DNA of 64,000 nt from Raja brachyura (Eukaryota), in NCBI GenBank assembly GCA_963514005.1, contig OY740801.1, positions 36,828,001-36,892,000 of the forward strand, given 5' to 3'. Made by a program: the position numbers and the translations under genes. Shown here in pieces: positions 25,517 to 38,454 of this stretch. Under the pieces are notes generated by a model. The model had not been told where the DNA came from, did not search any database, and saw only the letters and a program-made list of their open reading frames with translations. The first letter of the stretch is position 1, and each line of letters opens with the position of its first letter.

Positions 25517-25809
25517 CATGGTGGCGCAGCGGTAGAGTTGCTGCCTTACAGCGAATGCAGCACCGGAGACCCGGGTTCGACCCCGATTACGGGTGCTGTC
25601 TGTATGGAGTTCGTACGTTCTCCCCATAACCCGCGTGGGTTTTCTCCGAGAACTTCGGTTTCCTCCCACATTCCAAAGACGTACAGGTTTGTACGTTAAT
25701 TGGCTTGGTAAATGTAAAAAATGTCCCCAGTGGGTGTAGGATAGCGTTAATGTGCGGGGATCGAAACAGACCGAAGGGCCTGTTTCCGTGCTGCATCTCT
25801 AAACTAAAC
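25517..25809 (+). mobile_element. HE1/V-SINE-like SINE, well preserved
   Basis: A box GTGGCGCAGCGGTAG, B box GGGTTCGACCCC, V-like core and CR1-like tail. Confidence 0.9.
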
Positions 25810-26046
25810 GTAAACATTGAATGCAAAACACATTGCAACAAAACCTTATGCTGGGAGAGGCAAGATAGGATGTGCAAATCTAATTAAATATTATTTTCCT
25901 AACAACATTGAGAGTTCCAAGGAAAACAAAGTATGGGAGTAAAAAATTATAGGACAGGAAATTCTCAATGTCAGCAAACACAGGGTAGCGCCACATCTCC
26001 ATATACTCCAGATCCCCCTGTATCAATGGAACAGCATTTACTTCAA

Positions 26047-26325
26047 TTTAGAGATACAGCGCAGAAACAGGCCCTTCGGTCCACCTAGTCCACATCGACC
26101 AACAATCCTTGTACACTAGCCCTACTGGGGGCATTTTACAATTTACCAAACAAATTAGCTTACAAACCTGTATGTCTTTGGAGTGTGGGAGGAAACCGGA
26201 TCAGCCGGAGAAAACCCACGTATGTCACGGAGAGAACATACAAATTCCATACAGGCAACACCTGTAGTCAGGATCGAACCCAGGTGTCTGGCGTTGTAAG
26301 GCAGCAACTGCGCCACCATGCCGAC
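26047..26325 (-). mobile_element. HE1/V-SINE-like SINE
   Basis: Reverse complement of consensus. Confidence 0.8.
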
Positions 26326-26572
26326 ATGCCGTGGTTCCAACATATTGGAATCATTGCAGCCAAACAGTCCCGTTGAAGTACACTCACTGCACATTCCATG
26401 TCAGCAGCTCACAACCAGTTTCAAGGAGATTTCAGGAATGAACAGTAGATGCAATAAATCCCACATTCCAGTAATTTAAAAAGAAACTGTAGTCTGAATG
26501 CATCCTAATTTCCTCCATCTGTTACATCTGTTTAGTTCGGAGTCATGGCATGGAAACAGGCCCTGTCTCCAT

Positions 26573-27400
26573 CTTAAATCCTCTCGCAATGAAGGCCAAC
26601 ATTCCATTAGCTTTCTTCACTGCCTGCTGTACCTGCATGCTTACTTTCAGTGCCTGATGTACAAGCACACCCAGGTCTCGTTGCATCTCCCCTTCTAATT
26701 TGACAACATTCAGATAATAATCTGCCTTCCTGTCCTTGCCACCAAAGTGGAGAACCTCACATTTATCCACATTATACTGCATCTGCCATGCTGCTGCCCA
26801 CTCACTCAACCTGTCCAAATCACCCTGCAGCCTCACAACATCCTCGTCGCAGCTCACACTGCTACCCAACTTTGTGTCATCTGCAAACTTATAGGTGTTA
26901 CATTTAATTCCCTTGTACTAAATCGTTTATCTATATTGTAAACAACTGAAAAGGACCCGTTAATTCCTACTCTTTGCTTCCTGTCTGCCATCCAGTTCTC
27001 TATCCATGTCAATACCCTACCCCCAATAACATGTGCTCTAATTTTGCACACTAATCTGTTGTGTGAGAACTTGTCAAAGGCTTTTTGAAAGTCCAGATAC
27101 ACCACATCCACTGGCTCTCCCTTATCCATTCAACTTGTAACATCCTCAAAAAATTACAGTAGATTAGTCAAGCATGATTAACCCTTCATAAATCCATGCT
27201 GATTTTGACTGATCCCATCACTGCTTCCAAATGCATTCTTATCACATCTTTAACAATCAACTCAAGCATCTTCCCCACAAGGCTAACTGGTCTATAATTC
27301 CCCATTTTCTCTCTCCCCCCCCCCCCCCCCTTCGTAAAAAGTGGAGTTACATTGGTTATCCTCCAGTCCACAGCAACTGATCCAGAGTCGAGAGAACATT
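26573..27400 (-). mobile_element. CR1 LINE internal RT fragment
   Basis: DWRITNVTPLF, VDVVYLDFQKAFDK, LQGDLDRLSEWA..WQMQYNVDKC. Confidence 0.9.
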
Positions 27401-27404
27401 GGAA

Positions 27405-27745
27405 AAAGTCCGATCAAGGATACTCCGAATGCCAACAAAGAGATAGACAGTCATTCAGCGCTGCTCTCCAGTTGTGGTTGGATGATTCAGTTGCCTGAAC
27501 AGGTGGGAAGAAACTGTCCCTGAATCTGGAGGTGTGCGTTTTCACACTTCTAAACCGTTTGCTCGATGGGAGAGGGGAGAAGAGGGAGTGGCCAGGATGT
27601 GACTCATCCTTGATTATGCTGCTGGCCTTGTTGAGGCAGCGTGTGGTATAAATGGAGTCAATAGAAGGGAGATTGCCTTTTGTGATGGTCTGGGCTGTAT
27701 CCACAATTCACTGCAATTTCCTGCGGTCTTGGATGGAGCTCTCAC
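27405..27745 (-). mobile_element. Rex1-type LINE 3' fragment
   Basis: IIKDESHPGHSLFSPLPSSKRFRSVKTHTSRFRDSFFP. Confidence 0.85.
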
Positions 27746-28095
27746 AATCTCTCCCCCAGGACAGAACAAAGACACAGATCTCCCGGTTTTCATCTTCTGC
27801 CCCACCTGCCCTGATCAGCAGATAATTAGTCAGTTTAGATACAGCGTGAAACTGGCCCAACGACCCCGCACTGACCAGTACCACCCATACACTAGTCCTA
27901 CACTACACGCTAAGGACAATTTACAGAAGCCAATTAAACTACAAACCTGCACGTCTTTGGGATGTGGGAGGAACCAGAGCAGCTGGAGAAAAATCATGCG
28001 GTCAAAGAGAGAACATACAAATGTGAATATTTACTGTTCACGACAGAACTGATGGACATTTGTCAGTATTGGGCCAAAACTTGCATCTCTTGAAG

Positions 28096-28277
28096 ATAGA
28101 CACAAAAAGCTGGAGTAACTCAGTGGGACAGGCAGCATCTCTGGAGAGAAGGAATGGGCGACGTCTCGAACCAAAATGTCACCCATTCCTTCTCTACAAA
28201 GATGCTGCCTGTCCCGCAGAGTTACTACAGATTTGTGTGTCTATCTTCGGTTTAAACCAGCATCTGCTGTTCCTACA
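28096..28277. repeat. Inverted dimer of a Penelope pLTR fragment
   Basis: agacacaaaaagctggagtaactc...gggcgacgt mirrored by tgtcacccattcc...gagttactacagatttgtgtgtct. Confidence 0.75.
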
Positions 28278-29434
28278 CTTGCATCTCTTGAATTGTTTCT
28301 TAAATTTCACTGATATATTTCTAGCTCCTTTACTTGTCTTCCCATTAGTGGAGACATCTCTTTGGAATCTATCCATCAGTTCTCTACAAAATCATCTTTC
28401 AACATGCTTAATCTTTCCTCATGGGCAGTCTTACGAGTAATTGAGCAACAAGGCGTGGAAACAAGCACTTCGAGCCCTAGGTAGCTGAATGACTATTACT
28501 CACCCATTTACAGCACATCCCAATTTTAAAAAAAAATTCTCCTCATCAACTCTACCCAGATCTATCCCGCACCTACACATTAGCAGTAATTTACAGGGGC
28601 CAAGTAACGTACCAATCTTTTGGATGTGGGAGGAAACTGGAGCACCCAGAGGAAACCAATGCAGTCATAGGGAGCAAAGATCCTATAGGTATAGGGAGAT
28701 TGGGCAAACTCCACACATGTGGAATCTAAGGTCAGGATTGAACCTGGTTCTCCAGTGCTCCATGGTGGCTGCTCTGCCCAATGATGCATTTAAGCCACTT
28801 ATCTCAAAAAATGAAAAGTAGAAAATACAATTGAACTTATCATAAAGGCAGATGAATGCAATTGTGGAGTTCTTTATTTGGAAATAGAACTCTTAAAATC
28901 AAACCTTTTTAGGATGGAACAGTCTCGACCACCTCTAGGTTACATCGGTTTAAGGAACGGATGACGTTTCGGGTTGGGTTTGAGTCGTCACCCATTCCAT
29001 TTCCCCAGAGATGCTGCCTGACCCGCTGAGTTACTCCAGCATTTTGTGTCTATCTTTGGTGTAAACCAGCATCTGCAGTTCCTTCCTACATACTCCTACA
29101 TAAATCGATTGAATGTTGGAGTGTGGGAGGAAGCTATTTTGCCTGCAGCGGTACATTGCTTCTTTTGGCCAGTTCCACCATGTAATGGAGATATTTTAGT
29201 GATTTTCTCACAGCAGGTACCAGTCTTGCTGTGTAGTTTCAGCACTTTTTGCTGCTAATGTAGAACGAGGCAAGATCAAGTGACATTAAAACGGAGAATA
29301 AAGAAACTCCGGAAACGGGTAACAATTTAAAGTATGGGGGAAATAATGGAGAAATTACAATACAAGTAGGTAACTAGTTTGTTAGGTGGGGGTGGAGAGC
29401 ACGAGTGTGGTTGCAAAGCAGAGAAGCCTCAACA

Positions 29435-29523
29435 TATTTGTTCATATCAACACACAAAAAGACATATGTTGTTTTGGTTTCATTTTATTTATATATTTGT
29501 AATTTGCTTGTTTTAATCGGTAA
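29435..29523 (+). repeat. About 88-bp direct repeat, copy 1 (copy 2 at 31457-31544)
   Basis: tatttgttcatatcaa...ttgtaatttgcttgttttaatc.gtaa occurs on both sides of the Harbinger fragment. Confidence 0.9.
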
Positions 29524-31456
29524 AGGGCCTGTCCTACAAGCATGCGATTGCATGCGGTTAGCGCGACCTACTGTGGTCGCTTGAGCCGTCTGGCCTCGCG
29601 GGGGTCGGTCCCACTTCAAACGCCGGCGCCGCGTGGAGTTGTGCAGAGCTGCTCCCGACATCGCGCGGAGCTTTGAAAAGCCGACACTGTTCAAAAATCC
29701 CGCGCTGCAAAATCCTGTCGGCCGCAGCCACATCGAGGACATGAGTAACGTCTTGACGTCATGCGTCTTCCACGTGGCATCGATCACCGGAGAACAAGGA
29801 ACCCCAGGATCATCAAGAAGAAAGCCATGCAGGATAAGGTGAAGCAGGTTATTATACAGAACATACAGACCCAGGAGGATCCAGCCACTGCTTCTGGCCA
29901 TGCTGCTGTTCCTGACCCTGCTCCTGATCCAGTTCCTGTCCCTGCTCCTGATCCAGCTCCTGCCCTATCTTCTACCTCAACACCCTGACCAATTCCTACC
30001 CCAGTTCCTTCCCCTTCTCCTTACTCAGCTCCTTACTCAGCTCCTGCCCCAGCTCCAACCTCAGCTGCTGCTGCAGAATGGGACTCAGATTTGGCTCAGG
30101 AGACTGATGCCTCAGCTGCGCCGGTGGGGAGGAAGAAGAAGAGGTTGGTCACAAGGCCTTATAATTTTACCAGGGAACAAGAGGGAGACCTGGTAGAATA
30201 GTATCAGGCCCACCGTGAACTGTACGATAAGAGCCATCGTGATTTCAGAAACACAGATCTGCGCACCGCGATGCATGAAGACAAGGCGAAGGAGTTCCCT
30301 GACTGCTCGTGTAAGTACATACTTTGTAGTTTGGCTACATTTCTGTGGTTGTGATTGCAGTTCAAATTAAGATTACAATTTGCTCAACACTGATCTTCAT
30401 TTATTCTATGTTTACACAGATGACCAACTGTGCCAGTGGTTCAAGAGCCAGAGGACACGGTTCGGGAAACTGTCGAGCGGTCTTGGCAAGTCTGGCTCCG
30501 CCAGTAAGCCACTGACTGACAGAGAGCAGTGGATAGTGGAGAAATGGGGGTTCGTGCGGAACCACATAGTCCGAGTGCAGAGCAAAGAGAGCGGCTGGAA
30601 GGTGAATAGTTAAGAAAATTATGGGGCAATTGAAATTTGTTGGAAAGTGAGATAGTCAATGAGAACTTGGTGGTCACCTTGCTTGCTACGTCCAGATGGC
30701 CTTGCACATTTCTGATACACATTTACTTTCTTCCAGCTCCCCGTGGGGATCTCATCGTGCGCCAACCCGAATGAGGGTGAGATGGATCCGCCAGAGGGAC
30801 CTCCAGAGGGACCCTCTGGGTCCGGCACTGCGGACAAGCAGCAGCACGCTAAACGGAAACCGGCCTGCACAACTGCGCCAGATTGCGATGCACCTGTTGA
30901 ACGACTTCAGCGAGAGATGTTCGCGGATGCAAGTGCTTTCGGGTGAACTGGCAGCAAATTTCTCATTCACTCCGCCCTACGTGCATGTTTCTCCATCGCT
31001 TCCCAGAAATTACTGACCAGGATTGCACTCTCTTTGCTGCGGATCATGCAACGGGCTAAGACCACTGCCGAGACAATAAGCGGTGTCGCAGCCAAGGAGG
31101 TCGAGGGAAAGACGCGCCGATGCCTTCTCAGCCCTACAGAGGGAGGAGATGGTGCAGATCCCCGACTCGCAATGGCACAGCTTCTGCGTGGAGGGCTTGG
31201 TCTTGGCAAGGGCACACAAGCTTCTTCTGCCAGTAAATCTTTTAATCAAAGTTTATTGAATTTATAAACGTTTTACTTTAATGCTTTTTATGAATTACTC
31301 ACTACAAATTCCTTGGTGTCGCAGAGTCCGATGAGGCCCATGCCATACATGCCGCAACCACAAATGGGGATGATGGCACCACAGCATGCTCCCCAGGTAC
31401 ACTGTGAAACCTTCAGTCTGACTCAAGATTGTCTCTGACACACAGCTTGTGATTTG
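29524..31456 (+). mobile_element. One-ended (truncated) PIF/Harbinger transposon carrying the Myb/MADF accessory gene
   Basis: TAA|AGGGCCTGTCCTAC TIR; the first ~240 bp match one end of the MITEs at 61416 and 62998; no right TIR found. Confidence 0.8.
29827..31397 (+). pseudogene. Spliced MADF/Myb-SANT-like DNA-binding protein pseudogene (Harbinger ORF)
   Basis: Pro/Ala-rich N-terminus, RKKKR, FTREQEGDLVE*YQAHRELYDKSHRDFRN...|YDQLCQWFKSQRTRFGKL...LTDREQWIVEKWGFVRNHI. GT-AG introns at 30311-30419 and 30602-30736, probably two more near 30942-31006 and 31233-31324. TGG to TAG at 30199 and a frameshift near 29985. Confidence 0.75.
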
Positions 31457-32399
31457 TATTTGTTCATATCAAACACAAAAAGACATTTGTTGTTTTTGTT
31501 TCATTTTATTTATATATTTGTAATTTGCTTGTTTTAATCTGTAAGGTGTCCTTGAGTGCTCTGAAATGCATTATTATTACTATTAAAAGAAGTAATTAGG
31601 TTCACACAGCACAATCCCTCGATCCACACTGGTGCAGATGCAGCAGGGAGTCCTACTGGCTTTCTGATTTAAAAATTTCTACCTCGGCATGGGAATAGAT
31701 ATCTGCTGAAAGATCATAGGATCTGCCACTTTGCTGCACAAAGATCAAGGCTTACAAATTGAATGTCACACCCTCCATTGGCGTGTAAAATCTTAACACT
31801 GAGGTGGGTTGGGATTCAACTTGTACCAAGTAATCCGTCAGTACCTGAAGCGTTTTGATGCTATCCCATTTACACTGATGGGATCTGACACTTTCCAATA
31901 TATGAGAAGCAATTGTCAAAGTATTCCTATTATGCCAGGCCACCTTAGAAAATAAACCTTAATACCCTCATGCAATTGGTTTCTGAAACTGGCACTTTGT
32001 TTGATTGTTTCCTTCCCTGCAGCAGCAGTGCTGTGTAAATTTACAACCCAAGTTACAGCAAACCATTACACTTTAAATATAATATGCAGAGGGTGATGGG
32101 TACATGGAATTAGCTGCCAGAGGAGGGAGTTGAGGCAGGAACTAATAACAACATTTAAAATGCATTTGGACAAGCACATGAATAGGAAAGATTGAGGGAT
32201 ATGAGGCAACCATTGGCAGGTGGTGCTAGTGTAGATGGGGCATCTTGGTCGGCATGGTAAAGTTGGGCCGAAGGGCCTGTTGCATATCACAAGGCCTTTG
32301 TTATGCAGGCCAAGAAATACGTTTTGAGGAGAAGGTTGATGGCGTGGGTTGGATTTCGCGAATACTTGATTTACTTGTAGCAGTTGGTTAAATTAACGG

Positions 32400-33312
32400 G
32401 CTCCCCAGTCTGGTTATTGGATTGGAGAAGCAGTAAGGCTGTGGGAACAAGAGTTATTGATAAAAATTCCTAACGATAGATGGGAAAAAAATCTATTATA
32501 TGTAAATAAATGTTCAATTAATGTAAGACATAACCTAATTCAATTTAAAATTTGACATAGATTATATTATTCTAAAACTAGACTGAATAAAATATTCCCA
32601 AATGTTCCCCCCTTTGTCTCGTGTATAAAACTGTATAAATTTTGGAATTACATTTTTGGAATTTTTAGAAAACTATTTAACACAAAATTGATCCCCAATA
32701 CAGAACTGATTATCTTTGGATCACTGGAAGAAGGAAGTAAACTAACTATATTCCAAGAGCTTTTCTTAATAATGGTCTAATAACAGAAAAAAACTTATAC
32801 TCAAATTTTGGAAAAATGCAATCGCGCCAACATTCAAAATGTGGATTTCAAATATGTCTGAAACGCTTCATCTTGAAGAAATTAGATTTCTCCCAATAGG
32901 CAAAGTAGACCAATTCTCGAAGACTTGGTCTCCTTTTATCAACTTTTTGCAAGCATATGGTGCAACATAACATAACCTTAGAAATTAAATGGTTTAGAAC
33001 CGGGTGACGGATGGGCAAAAATACGAAATAGGTAGATCTCTCCTAATCTCTCTTTTCTTTACTTTCTCCTTCTATTTCAATCTTTTCAACTTCTCCTCTA
33101 TGCCCTTTATTTCTTTTGCTATCCGTTTCTACTCACTTGTCTATCTATTCCGACACTCTTTATTTCTTTTTTCTCCCACTGTTCTTTTATTATTAAATCA
33201 AAAGTATGAAGTTGTACAAGAATGGAAATATGTATGTATGTATGTATGTATTAGGTACTTAAGTACCACACTATTGTACTTACTTCTAACAAAAATAAAC
33301 AACAAAAAAAAA
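32400..33312 (+). mobile_element. L1-clade LINE 3' fragment with poly(A)
   Basis: KKLILKFWKNAIAPTFKMWISNMSETLHLEEIRF...FSKTWSPFINFL, typical of fish L1 ORF2 ends; AATAAA plus A-rich tail at about 33294-33312. Confidence 0.75.
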
Positions 33313-34059
33313 GGCTGAGGTTGGTCTTTGCTGTGTACACGGCCACGCCGCGTACATGTGTCAGACACAGCAGCTGTTTTCCTGTTTGTGCCACGGACAC
33401 GCAGTCACCTCCCCAGAGAAATCACCCGAGATGAGCAGGTGTTTGATCCCAGCTTTGTGCGCTGGTGGATGTATATGCACGCCTCTCCCCGCTCTCACTA
33501 CTGAGGGCTGGACATAAATATCAATGCTTTAGATTCATGCACATTCATCATCCTGACAAATATGAAGAATGGTTAATTTGGTAGCACTTTGAGAAAAACT
33601 GCAGAGAGAAAAATAAATATGTGTTGCACTTTGTGTTGTATAATATCAGTGTCAGTATTCAACATGAGGAAATAAAACACAGCTCCGGGTTTGCATCCTT
33701 TATTTAAATCGACCTCTCCCATATGTCCACACTTTTATGTAGATATTCAGAGCCTGGTCGCCTGTTGGGTTTGGATTGGGGATTAAAAAAAGTTCTTCCT
33801 CGGAGCCCAACTATAAATAAATGCAGCAAGGCTCAATATTATTATGCAGAGCCAAGAGACCCAACCCAAATCCAATGGAGCCCAATGATGACCTTTGGGT
33901 GAAGGTCAAATTAATTCCTTGGGCTTGTGTCAAGTTTTAATTTGATCCCCAAGCAAATTCTCCACTCCCATTTCGTCTGTTGTGACCTTTACCAAGAACG
34001 TTTGCCGATCATTAAATCCTCATGGTGTTAAAGTTCATTATTTTATTCCCAATTAATTG

Positions 34060-34352
34060 ATTAGATACAGCATGGAAGCAGGCCTTTCGGCCCACCGAGC
34101 CCTCACCAAACATCGATCATCCGTTCACACGAGTTCCATGTTATCCCACTTACTTATCCACTCGCTACACACGAGGGACAACTTACAGAGGTCAATTAAC
34201 CTACAAACCTGCACGTCCTGGGGATGTGGGCACCAGGAGAAAACCCACACGGTCCCAGGGAGAACATGCAAACTTCACACAGACAGCAGCCAAGGTCAGG
34301 ATTGAACCTGGCGCTGTAAAGCAGCAACTCTACCAGCTGCGCCATGGTGTCC
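34060..34352 (-). mobile_element. HE1/V-SINE-like SINE
   Basis: Reverse complement of consensus. Confidence 0.8.
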
Positions 34353-36174
34353 CGCTCCTTTTTGTTAGTTTTGCCAAAGTATTTGTTTTTACTTTTAGCC
34401 CTGATGTGACTATAAGCCCAGCTCCCTCACTTTAGATCAGCTTCCTGGGGAGCTTTTACATTCATATCTTAGGATAGGAGTGATGAGTCCTATTTATCAC
34501 CATCACTCATAGAGACATAGAGTGATACAGGAAACAGGCCCTTCCGCCCAACTTGCCCACAACGGCCAACATGTCCCAGCTACACTAGTCCCACCTGCCT
34601 GCACTTGGTCCATATCCCTCCAATCCGGTCCTATCCATGTACCTGTCTAACTGTTTCTTAAACGTTGGGTAGTCCCTGCCTCGACTATCTCCTCTGGCAG
34701 CTTGTTCCATACTCCCACCAACCTTTGTGTGAAAAATGAGTCATGCGAAAGTGGTGGTGAACTGCTGTGTACTCCTTCAAATGGTGGCACAGTTGCAGTG
34801 TTGTTGTTGTGTGTCCATTGTCCATTCCTCATTGCTGCTGCCACGTATTAGAGGTGCTTTTAACTTTCATCAATTTTACAACTATTGATACATCCGGACA
34901 CCATCTCGAGACGTTCATAACCCGCAAGAAAAGTCAAAGCCAGAGGCACAAGGAACTGCAGATGCTGGGAATCTTGAGTAAAATACAAAGTGCTGACCTC
35001 AGCGGGTCAGACAGCATCTCCGGAGAACACAGATAGGCGACGTTTCGCTCACGGCACATCTCCAGAAGGACTCCCTGATACCAGGGTCATTCATAAGAAT
35101 CATATATTCCAAATGCCAACTCAAAAGAGGAAATTCTAGCACTTAGAAATACAACATTTCTTCATTGTTGCTCGGTCTAAGTCAGGGATGTAATATTGGG
35201 GAGGGTTAGGGGTGGGCAAAGACCCACAGGTGATGATGTGCCCATGTGCCTGCTGCCTTTAACCTTCTCCCTGGCCGAGTAAACAGGTGTGAGAGGTACT
35301 GTCAGAGTAACCCAAGTAACTAACTGCAGTCATTTTCAGTTTTCAATCCAAAACTACTGACTATTGCACAGGATCTCTGTGGTACCACGTTATGGGGAAC
35401 ATACACGTTGACCCTGGCTTCCCAATGACGAAGCAGTACAGGTCCAGGCTTTGCACGACACCAAAACAATTTCCTTTACCCCATTTATTGATAGACAGTT
35501 AATAATTCTGCACTGCTACTCTGTGAAAAAAGAACAGATTTCTAAGATTGCTGTGAATTATGTTGTAAGGTTGAAACTGCTTACAGGAAATTTATTGGCA
35601 ATTAAATTACACAGGGTGATGCTAAGATTGCCTCTCTGTTTGATTGCTATTCTGGAATCTTCACGTTGCTAACAACAGTTGCAGCAATTTAATGTAATTA
35701 TCAAAGGACATCAGGCACTGCAATCATGGCCCATCACGCCACTCTGCTGCCTACTAAACTGCCAACTAAACTGGTTGCCTTTTCCACCCCCCAATGTTAT
35801 GTTTCAAGAACTAGTAGGAATTGTTCAAAGCAAACAAAGAATAAGCTTGCAGCAGAATAAAGTGAAATTAGGTACATGGACAGGAATAGAGGATTAATCC
35901 TCCCCTTTGGCGACATGTGCAGCTAGGATTATTCCGATATAAGTGGACTCTGATTTCAATTAATTCAGCATGCAGCTAATACGCTGGCTGCCAACTAACA
36001 CAAACTTAAACAGAAGATAGACACAAAAAGATCTAAGGAATACAGTCCTATAAGGGTCTCGACCCAAAACATCATCCATTCATTCTCTCCAGAGATGCTG
36101 CCTGTCCCGCTGAGTTACCCCAGCATTTTGTGTCTATCTTTGGTTTAAACCAACATCTGCAGTTCCTTCCTTAA

Positions 36175-36655
36175 AGGGGCTGTCCCAATGCGGCGACCTA
36201 ATTGGTGACCTAGTTTAGAAGAGTTTGAAAAACATTAAATTGCTGCAACTGTTGTTAGCAACATGTTGAAGACCTTCTTCGACTATGTGCAAGACCGCCT
36301 TCGAGTATGTTCAAGACTAGCTTCGGGAAAATTGGACTCCAAATAGTGGAGAGTGAAGACGACCTCCTTCGATCACCCTTCGACTATGTTGAAGACTATC
36401 TACGACTACCCTCGATTACCTACGAATAACACGCCGTCCTACTACGACCTACCTCAACTAAACCTACAAGTAAAAAAAATATAGATTTTTTTCCATGGTG
36501 GGCATTTTTCCACACGTTGAAAAATACCCCACGACCTAGCATGAAGGAGAGTTACAAAGACCTCATAGGACGCCGTGTCGACCATGCTGCGAGTATGAGT
36601 CGAGGGCAAACTCGCCAGAACTTGCGGATTAGGTCACCGCAGTGGGACAGCCCCT
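36175..36655. mobile_element. PIF/Harbinger MITE
   Basis: TAA TSD on both sides; TIR AGGGGCTGTCCCA.TGCGG.GACCTAAT; internal CGACTA-type repeats. Confidence 0.9.
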
Positions 36656-37688
36656 TAACCCTCAAACAGAACGGGGGCAGCGTGGCTGGTGCACAGATGG
36701 AGTGAACCTCACCTGGTATGAAAGGTACAATATGGAACGGTGCCGGCCCACAGATGTCCAAACGTTGCATGGGCAGCCGTGGTTAAGGAGATGCAAACCG
36801 GGAGTGATGACCCATCCCTGCAGTATCTCCATAGTCCCAATTAGACAGGTGTGGGAGATGGCAATGTCATAGGTCTGGAGGGCTTGCGTGGATTACCAGT
36901 GTACTCAGTGACCTCACATGCAGACAACAACTAATACACCAGTCCCCCTAGTCCTCACCTTCCACCCCATCAGCCGTCGCAAACAGCACATAATTCTATA
37001 ACATTTCCACCACCACATTTTTCCTATTTGTGGATAGGAAAGACTTAGAGATATATGGACCAAACGCAGGCAGGTGGGACTAGTGTAGATGGGCCATTTT
37101 GTTCGACATGGGCAAACTGGGCCAAAGTGCCTATTTCTACGCTGCATGACTATGAGATGCTGCCCAAGCCACTGAGTTACTCCAGCACTTTGTGTTTTAT
37201 ATGGGTATCATGGTTGTTTTGGCAAGGCAGGCCTATTTCTGCACTGTATCATTCTATGGTTTAGTTGAGGTCCACCCCACATGTTGCATCATTCACTTGT
37301 TAACTTTGTTGTGAACAGAAACATAGATCATTGAACTGTGCAAAATAACACCTGCAGTCTCTTGTGTTTCTGATCATTGTACCGCCAGGTTAAGCAAAGG
37401 AAACCCAACAACTGTCAGGTTTGTGAAAAGACCAGGAAGTAATTTCCCTAAAAAAAAAACTGGCCTCACTCATATAAAACCTTTGTTCAGCCTGCACCCA
37501 CACCACCAATACATACCTCAACACTGATTTACGAAACCCACAAAAAAAGATTTTAAAAGTACCATAACATTTCTTATTAATAAGTCCGTTTAATGGAGTA
37601 CAAGGGTGTCCCTCAGTCTGGGGGGAATGGACTTTGAGATATAGTTCCAGATATATTTCTTGACTTGTTTCCTGATCTATTTTGTTAA

Positions 37689-37968
37689 ATAGATGGAGCA
37701 TGGAAACAGGCCCTTCGGCCCATCGAGTCCACCCCGACCATTATCCGTTCACACAAGTTCTACCCTCTCCCAACTTTCTCATCCACTCCCTACACATTAG
37801 GGGCAATTTTACAACTAATTTTACTACCTGCGCCTGTGGAAATACAGAGAACCAGAGAGGGGGGGGGGGGACGTGCAAACTCTACACAGACAGCAGCCCG
37901 AGGTCAGGATGGAACCGGGGTCTGTGGTCTGTGGCGCCGTGAGGCAGCAGCTTTAGCAGCTGCGCCAC
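37689..37968 (-). mobile_element. HE1/V-SINE-like SINE
   Basis: Reverse complement of consensus. Confidence 0.75.
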
Positions 37969-38454
37969 TCATACACCTGCTGCAAGTTATGTTGAAACAC
38001 AAACGCTATGATCAGAATGCGCGTTAAGCAGCATGATCGCTTACCCTTTGTAGCCTTCACTGTTGTTTTTTTTTTTAAATTGGGGGGTAATTCTTCCCCG
38101 ACTGTTCCCCTTCACTTGTCTTTCGTTTAGTCGGAGAGAGACGAGCAACAGTTCAGACCAAAGGGATCTTTGGTTCAGACTCGATGCCTCGCCTCTACCT
38201 GCCCCGGGCGCTCCCTGATTAGTCAAGGAACTCACCACTGCCGCTAGGTAGGAGGAGCACTAGTGTAGCAAGGTGTAAGCGGGGAGGGTAAGTAATTTGT
38301 TGATAAAACATTATTTAAAACATATATATTTATCAGTTTTAAATGCTTTACGTTAACTTTTTGTATGTTTAATTTTTTTGTAGAGTTTTTCATTTCAGTT
38401 CCTTGCCTTTAAGTGTCTCGGATTGTCAGGAACTTTTGTTTTTAATTATTGCAA

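Noticed and set aside
25517-25590. tRNA-like A/B boxes, also at 7071, 23957 and 59000
   Set aside because: They are SINE heads continuing into the SINE body and CR1-like tail; no full cloverleaf
36270-36470. Short iterated CGACTA/TTCGAC repeats, and CCGACTCC arrays at 4500-4990
   Set aside because: Not CRISPR: no constant repeat with unique spacers; they are subterminal or internal repeats of MITEs in a eukaryotic genome
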